A stretch of 64,000 bases of DNA from NCBI GenBank assembly GCA_963702095.1, contig OY969706.1, forward strand, positions 960,001 through 1,024,000, written 5' to 3'. Both the position numbers and the translations under genes were made by a program. Below are positions 58,473-64,000 of this stretch, piece by piece. The notes under the pieces were generated by a model that did not search any database, was not told the origin of the DNA, and was given only the letters and a program-made list of their open reading frames with translations. Origin of the DNA: Candidatus Bathyarchaeota archaeon. Lineage in GTDB: Archaea > Thermoproteota > Bathyarchaeia > Bathyarchaeales > Bathycorpusculaceae. Positions within the stretch are counted from its first letter, which is position 1. Every line of letters starts with the position of its first letter.

Positions 58473-59462
58473 TCAAATACTAATTCGGAAAGCCCAATGC
58501 AAGTATGCACTAATATCCCTTGAAAGAACCAACGAAGGCTCAACATAACAATGAAGATTGCACTTTTGGCAGTTACTTATTTTTTTCCAATCAAAATCCG
58601 AGACAGCGCCTCTAATGCCACCCTCAAAGATAGACCTACAGCTTGCATAGTCATTGTGGACATAGCAAGGCAAAACTACGTTTCCATTGGGGTCAATATT
58701 TATCATTGTCCAAGGCTTACAATGCCAGTTTTTCTCTTTAGCCATCACTTTCAAATAACCGATTGAGTTAACAATTGGATAACCTTCCCGCTTCATTCTC
58801 ATAAGACTATGCGCTATTTTCGGTATCTTGCTTTGAGCAGGTGAAGATACATTGGTGTTGCAGTACTCATGAGCTACTGCTACAGATATTTTTGTGCCTA
58901 ACTCATCTGCTAATTTAACCATGCTTTCTATTTCATCGATGTTCTCCTTCATTATTGTCGTGTTAATAGTTACTGAAACTTTTTCTCTTGCTTCACCTAT
59001 ACCGTTCACAGCTTTTCTAAAGCTTCCCTCAACCCCTCTAATGGAGTCATGAGTTTTTTCTTGCCCATCTAATGAAACATAAACAACACCGTTGATGTAT
59101 GGAGCAATCTCGTCGATTCGGGATTCAAGTAGCGTACCATTAGTTATGAGACTAGTATGCAAAGGCAGAGAACGTGAAAAAGCAAGGATACTCGCCAAAT
59201 CACGCCTAAGAAGCGGTTCCCCACCTTCAAATGCAACTCCACAAGCGCCCGAATCGTAAACATGTTTTAGAATTGTTTTCTCCTGTTCTAAACTAGAATC
59301 ATGTTGAATTCTTTTCCAAAAAGGGCACATCTTGCATTTGAGGTTACAATTATAGGTCAATTTGTGACCGCAAAAAAAAGGAACCTTTACGCCTAAAACG
59401 TTTAAGACCAGGCCACGGTAGACCCTTAGCCCTAGCCAAAATGGTTCTATTTGATGCCTCAC
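58473..59462 (-). CDS. radical SAM/SPASM protein (PTO1314-like)
   Basis: GHKLTYNCNLKCKMCPFW, GGEPLL, TNG, CKPW...PCY and CQKCNLHCYVEPS. Confidence 0.85.
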   Translation of the reverse strand: MRHQIEPFWLGLRVYRGLVLNVLGVKVPFFCGHKLTYNCNLKCKMCPFWKRIQHDSSLEQEKTILKHVYDSGACGVAFEGGEPLLRRDLASILAFSRSLPLHTSLITNGTLLESRIDEIAPYINGVVYVSLDGQEKTHDSIRGVEGSFRKAVNGIGEAREKVSVTINTTIMKENIDEIESMVKLADELGTKISVAVAHEYCNTNVSSPAQSKIPKIAHSLMRMKREGYPIVNSIGYLKVMAKEKNWHCKPWTMINIDPNGNVVLPCYVHNDYASCRSIFEGGIRGAVSDFDWKKISNCQKCNLHCYVEPSLVLSRDISAYLHWAFRISI

Positions 59463-59678
59463 AGTTTTTTCTTCAATGCAACCCTTAAAAACTAATCCTC
59501 AACTCCAAATCAACTTAACTCAAATCTAACATCAAAAAAACACGTACTTTCCTCTTTTATACATAACGTTTTACTCTTTTCTCAAGCGTTAACTTTCTGT
59601 AAAAGACAGAGCTCTTGCATGCGAGAAGATCCCTTCTTCTACGACGGCGGACGAGGGAATTTAGGGGTCAAAAGCCCG

Positions 59679-60593
59679 TTACTCCAAGAACTGACTCAAG
59701 TACTTTGTGATTGCCTCGTAGGCTTGTTGTTCCTCGGGTCCCAGTCGACTGCCGTTTTCGTCGGTGCCGACTATTTGTTCGCCGTTGCTTTCGGGGACGG
59801 GTTCATTGTATTTGATCCTAAACACGCATCGAACCACCACTTCCATGTCCACCTCAAAAGTGAGCAGCGGATACCTCACGCCCGGCAATACTACATCGTA
59901 CTTTCCCTCTGACTTGCGCTCGACCAAGAAAATCTTGGCTTCCCCCAACGCCAAAAGACTCCGCAGAAGCGAACCCCCATACGGCGGGAGAGTGGCTTGC
60001 TCAATTTTGCGGGCGCACTGTTTTGCCTCCACGATTTTGGCGGCTAACACGTCGCTGCCCCAGAGTTCAACGCCCAACCGCTGCGCCTCCGCGGCTGCCC
60101 CATCCGTGAACTGCGTGGTTGCGATGAGGATTGTGCGGCTGCATCCATGGGTGCATTGGGCTTGCTGGGAAACCAAAAAGATCGCCTCTGACACTGCATG
60201 GCTAACCGGGTATTTGCGGGCTAAAACAGCAACCTTCTCGCCGTTTAACGCCACCACAAAATCAACGCCCCCATCAACTGCGCATCGGCTCTGGATTTCA
60301 TAGCCCAACTCTTCAAGCATCCACTGCACGAAAACCCCGAACTCCTTCTGCGAGAGGCACCCAACCGTGTAAGCGGCTACTTTTGCGGCAACGTCCGTTT
60401 TGGGGTTTTTCTCCAGAATCCTCCGCACTCCAACCTGTACATTCCCGGTCTGGCGGTGCTCCTTTCTTATTCTTGCCGCCAACACCTCAGCCTTATCCAG
60501 CGGAACCCCCAACCTGTCCCCCAAAAACACTGCTAAGTCGCCGTCGGGTTGCTCCGAGCACTCTTTTAGGATGCCGCTGTATTTTCGCTTCAT
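59679..60593 (-). CDS. Mrr-type (PD-(D/E)xK) restriction endonuclease-domain protein with degenerate catalytic motif
   Basis: LSQKEF..LEELGY...DGGVDFV...VLARKY...ATTQFTDGA...GVELW; start taken at MKRKY. Confidence 0.75.
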   Translation of the reverse strand: MKRKYSGILKECSEQPDGDLAVFLGDRLGVPLDKAEVLAARIRKEHRQTGNVQVGVRRILEKNPKTDVAAKVAAYTVGCLSQKEFGVFVQWMLEELGYEIQSRCAVDGGVDFVVALNGEKVAVLARKYPVSHAVSEAIFLVSQQAQCTHGCSRTILIATTQFTDGAAAEAQRLGVELWGSDVLAAKIVEAKQCARKIEQATLPPYGGSLLRSLLALGEAKIFLVERKSEGKYDVVLPGVRYPLLTFEVDMEVVVRCVFRIKYNEPVPESNGEQIVGTDENGSRLGPEEQQAYEAITKYLSQFLE

Positions 60594-60597
60594 CGTT

Positions 60598-61947
60598 TTA
60601 GGGCTCCTTTTTAAGGTGTTTGATGCAAAGTTTCTTTTGGAATTCGCTAGTGTAGGTGAGGTTGAGTTTGGAGAATACTTTGCCGCAGACGTCGCAGACG
60701 TCATAGTGGTGGATGCATATGCTGGAGTTGTCGTGGCTGCAGCGAAATTCGAGGAGACGGCTGTGACGTTTGCCGCAGACAACGCAGACAAATGCCTTGT
60801 CGCGTTCAAAGTATTCGCCTAAGGTTTCGTCTAGGGTCAGAGACCCTTTTTTTGAGTACAGTTTGCCTGTGTCGACTGATTGCCGTGTGCAGTCGCCGCA
60901 GACATAGAAGCCATCTTCAGTGGCATGGCCCTCTGTGATGGTTTTCTTGCATGTTTGGCACGTGACTTCCGGAGTGTCGATGCCTATGACGGCGGCGGAC
61001 TGTATGACCGCTCCGTTGTCGAGGGCGACTTCTAACTTGACCTTCGCCGTGTTGATTACAAGCAGATTAAGCAGTTTCACATTGACGCTGGTCTGGTAAG
61101 TTTCCTCTTCCCTCTCCAAAAGCGCCTCGTAGTCGGCTTGCCACTTCGGGAAGTCAAAATCATGCTTCTTCGAGATAACCCTTTCCCGCCTCTCACGTCG
61201 GAGTCGTCGCTCAAAACTCCGCAGCCTCGCCCTCTTCTCCTCGACCAGTGGCAAATCAAAGAGCCTTACCTTCTCTCTGATTAGAGCCCTCAGTTGCGTG
61301 TCCGCTGAGGCTTTCAACTCGTCGTAGGCTTCTGGTTTTAGCTTCGATTTGAAATCCTGAACCTTAATCGCCTCATTCCCCAGAACTGCCCCAACGTCGA
61401 AGTCGCGGTCGCCTACGCGGTTGCCCTCTTCATCCAGCAGGATGGGGATAACCTCTTCGCTTTTTGCTCTAAGCTTGTTCTTGAAACATACTGAATAGTA
61501 GAATTGGAAAAAGCGGGCAGCCTCCTTTCTGGTAACTTTTACGGAGACGATTTTTCCGTTGTTTATCTGGTGAAAACACGGTTCCGCCTGGGTGCAGACT
61601 CTGCCGCCTTCTTGCGTCACTTGGGCTTTTTGGCATTTCCCGCAGGAATCTGGCGTATCCCTAAAGTAAGCCTTCACCAGTGCCTCTAAGCTCTCTTTGG
61701 GACTGAGGCTGATTTGGCTCAGAAGGCTGTTTTCCAAGGCTTCTTTGAGTATCTGCTGGAACGCTGGACTGCCTGCGGTGATCAGCGGAATTTTTTTTTC
61801 TCTGGCGACGGCGGGTTGAAAGCTAAATTGCTGAGTGCCATCTGGGTAAGCCACGGTGACGGTGTCATTTGCCTCCTCGGCGATTTTGCCTCCCCTACTT
61901 TGGATGTAGGCTTCGAAGAACCGGCGGATTTCACAATCGCCGCTCAA
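60598..61947 (-). CDS. hypothetical YqhG-like protein with multiple C-terminal zinc fingers
   Basis: coiled region followed by CQTC, CGDC, CVVC, CIHH, CDVC and CIKH; overlaps the helicase stop codon. Confidence 0.7.
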   Translation of the reverse strand: MSGDCEIRRFFEAYIQSRGGKIAEEANDTVTVAYPDGTQQFSFQPAVAREKKIPLITAGSPAFQQILKEALENSLLSQISLSPKESLEALVKAYFRDTPDSCGKCQKAQVTQEGGRVCTQAEPCFHQINNGKIVSVKVTRKEAARFFQFYYSVCFKNKLRAKSEEVIPILLDEEGNRVGDRDFDVGAVLGNEAIKVQDFKSKLKPEAYDELKASADTQLRALIREKVRLFDLPLVEEKRARLRSFERRLRRERRERVISKKHDFDFPKWQADYEALLEREEETYQTSVNVKLLNLLVINTAKVKLEVALDNGAVIQSAAVIGIDTPEVTCQTCKKTITEGHATEDGFYVCGDCTRQSVDTGKLYSKKGSLTLDETLGEYFERDKAFVCVVCGKRHSRLLEFRCSHDNSSICIHHYDVCDVCGKVFSKLNLTYTSEFQKKLCIKHLKKEP

Positions 61948-63923
61948 TCGAGGACCCCTTGAGTAAATTGTTCCGCTAACTCCTGATTCTCCCTCACAAA
62001 ATTTAGGTTACTCGCCAACTTCTCCAGTTCCCGCTGGATGTCGAGGCGACTGTTGCTTCGAAGCAGGATTTCACCGATGGTTTTCTGGATGTCCTGTGAA
62101 CCCTCTTTTAGCTCCGAGAGCACCGTCTCCATCTTGCCCACAGTCATTGTGAACAAGTCGATTTTTTGGTAGAGCACATGGAGCACGTAGTCGTCGATGG
62201 TGTCTTTGACGGCTAAGTTGAAGATTGTGACGTCGCGGTCCTGTTTATAGCGGTGGATGCGTCCTATGCGCTGTTCGATTTTCATGGGGTTCCAGTGTAA
62301 GTCGTAGTTGAACATGACGCAGCAGTTCTGGAGGTTGAGGCCTTCCGCGGCGGCGTCGGTGGCGACGAGGTACTTGGTTTCGCCGCTCTTAAAGCTCGCA
62401 ATCACATGGTCTCTTTCCGCCTGACTCATATCACCCACGTACACAGCGGCTTTCCCATATTCAGCGTTGAGCAACTCTTTGATTTTGCGGGCAGTAATTT
62501 TGCGTAAACAGAAAATCAACGCTTGCTCTTTTGGCGCCTCGTTTAGGACCTCTCGTAGCAGCTCCATCTTTGCACCCTTCACTTTCGACGCCATCTCAAT
62601 CAACTTGTCAGTGGCTTCTTTCTCCATGGGAAACCGCTGCTGCCTCTTCCTCAATGACTCCACCGTTGCAAACGGCGAACTTGAAAACGACTGTTGCAGG
62701 GTGATAGCTTGGAACACCAAAATCGCGTTGCTCTGGGACGTAGTAAGTTTTCTGCTGGGGTTCTCGGCTATGAGGGTTTCGATGGTTTTGAAGTGGTTGT
62801 TGCTTACTTTACGCAGGTACTCGGTTGCTTCCTCAATGAACTCCCGCTCATACTGGTTGGGCTCCAGTGTTCTGGATTCAACACAGCGCTTCGTAAAGGG
62901 GATGCCCGTATGCTCCCTTCGGGTGCGGCACATGACGCCGCGGATGGTTTGGCGTAGATAAGTGGCTTCTTGCTCTTTTACCACTCGGCTTCTGGCATCT
63001 TCGGCGAACCGTGAAATAAACGCGCGTTCACTGTCCAAACGCCCTGGCTCAATCAAATCCACGATGCTGTAGAGATCGGTTAGGCGGTTGCACAGCGGCG
63101 TCGCGGTGAGGAGGAGCAAACGGTTTTTTCTGAGGCTGGATAGGGCTGAGCGGCCTTTGCTATGGGTGTTGCGGAAAGCATGCGCCTCATCCACCACAAC
63201 CAAATCCCACGTTCGACCTGCAAGCTCCCCATACTTGCGCACGAGCAGGTTATGGGAGCAGATCAGTCGGTTGCCCGTTTTCAGGTTGGCGTGTTCCCCT
63301 GGCACGTTGGCGATGGAGAAGGCTTCCCCGAATTTATCAGCCATCTCACTCTTCCACTGCGACAACAAACTCTTTGGCGAAACAATCAAAACAGAATTGA
63401 TTTCTTCCCTCAAAAGCAGTTCTTTCATGATTAAGCCGGCTTCGATGGTTTTGCCTAAACCTACTTCGTCGGCGAGGATGGCGTTGCCGTTCATTTCGTT
63501 GATGACTTGGAGGGCGGTGTGGAGTTGGAAGTTGTAGGGGATTAGTTTTGTTCGGATGGCGTCTGTTGCGATTAAGCGGTCGATTTTGTCTGTTTGCTTG
63601 ATTTTTGAGGCTTCCAAGTTGAGGAGGAACTTTTCGAGTGGGATATAGGTGTTTTTTTGTATGCGGTTTTTTAAGTCATAGGGGTCCAAGTGGGTGCAGG
63701 TATAGTGGTGTTTTGTGGGTTCGTCATCTATGTTCTCCTCATCGTATTCGCAGACGACCGAGGTTTCCTGTAGTTTAGGAGGGGGCTTCTTTGATTTTTT
63801 GGGTTTAGTCTCTGGTTTAACTGAGTAGTCGACAATAATGGGCTTAGTTTCCCCTTTACACATTGACCCATCAGATATTCCAGTGTGTGGTTCGCCGCTT
63901 TTTTTGTTGAAGCTTCCAGACAA
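61944..63923 (-). CDS. SNF2-family helicase (YqhH/RapA-like)
   Basis: ADEVGLGKT, VVDEAH, LTATP, AAEGLNLQ and HWNPMKIEQRIGRIHR. Confidence 0.92.
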   Translation of the reverse strand: MSGSFNKKSGEPHTGISDGSMCKGETKPIIVDYSVKPETKPKKSKKPPPKLQETSVVCEYDEENIDDEPTKHHYTCTHLDPYDLKNRIQKNTYIPLEKFLLNLEASKIKQTDKIDRLIATDAIRTKLIPYNFQLHTALQVINEMNGNAILADEVGLGKTIEAGLIMKELLLREEINSVLIVSPKSLLSQWKSEMADKFGEAFSIANVPGEHANLKTGNRLICSHNLLVRKYGELAGRTWDLVVVDEAHAFRNTHSKGRSALSSLRKNRLLLLTATPLCNRLTDLYSIVDLIEPGRLDSERAFISRFAEDARSRVVKEQEATYLRQTIRGVMCRTRREHTGIPFTKRCVESRTLEPNQYEREFIEEATEYLRKVSNNHFKTIETLIAENPSRKLTTSQSNAILVFQAITLQQSFSSSPFATVESLRKRQQRFPMEKEATDKLIEMASKVKGAKMELLREVLNEAPKEQALIFCLRKITARKIKELLNAEYGKAAVYVGDMSQAERDHVIASFKSGETKYLVATDAAAEGLNLQNCCVMFNYDLHWNPMKIEQRIGRIHRYKQDRDVTIFNLAVKDTIDDYVLHVLYQKIDLFTMTVGKMETVLSELKEGSQDIQKTIGEILLRSNSRLDIQRELEKLASNLNFVRENQELAEQFTQGVLD

Positions 63924-64000
63924 GAGTATCGCAAATTACTCGACATCTAAATATAAAAACCTAAAGCGCATTCACGGCAGGCTTATTATGCATAATTCAA

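Noticed and set aside
60594-60809. Ala/Thr/Ser-rich N-terminal extension of the Mrr-like ORF
   Set aside because: It overlaps the zinc-finger gene in another frame; ATG 60593 just after that gene's stop is the better start

Overview
Archaeal chromosomal segment, most consistent with Bathyarchaeia (TACK). This assignment is inferred from a cdvB'-cdvA-cdvB-cdvC (ESCRT-III/Vps4) division operon together with TFS, LipS2, an MptN-like ligase, archaeal ValRS and many secreted C-terminally anchored proteins. Housekeeping genes (pyrD/pyrK, valS, nadX, DHPS-like) alternate with AT-richer accessory blocks of secreted proteins, a metal/arsenic-resistance region (P1B ATPase, HgcC-like AbrB, arsM, P3A H+-ATPase, ferredoxin, ArsR), a glucosylglycerate cluster, degenerate TA genes and a terminal SNF2/Zn-finger/Mrr-like operon. 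No rRNA, tRNA, CRISPR array, integrase or transposase was recognised. Roughly a dozen single-base frameshifts, two of them in essential valS, point to assembly indel errors. The most notable signals are: (1) a TPP riboswitch heading a translationally coupled operon (ECF S-component, methyltransferase, PurM/AIR-synthase-like protein, divergent ThiE/TenI-like protein), suggesting an undescribed thiamine salvage route; (2) a three-half-site GTTCY-N5-TRGAAC-N5-GTTCYA operator at a fixed position upstream of three secreted-protein promoters, next to a membrane-anchored wHTH regulator; (3) a dispersed ~130-nt non-coding repeat family (7 copies) at accessory-block borders; (4) a SNF2 + Zn-finger + catalytically degenerate Mrr-like operon; (5) a complete transcription unit for a 16-aa Lys/Ala micropeptide; (6) a TFS paralogue lacking the catalytic DE dyad. 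All functional calls come from motif recognition by eye; no database searches were run.
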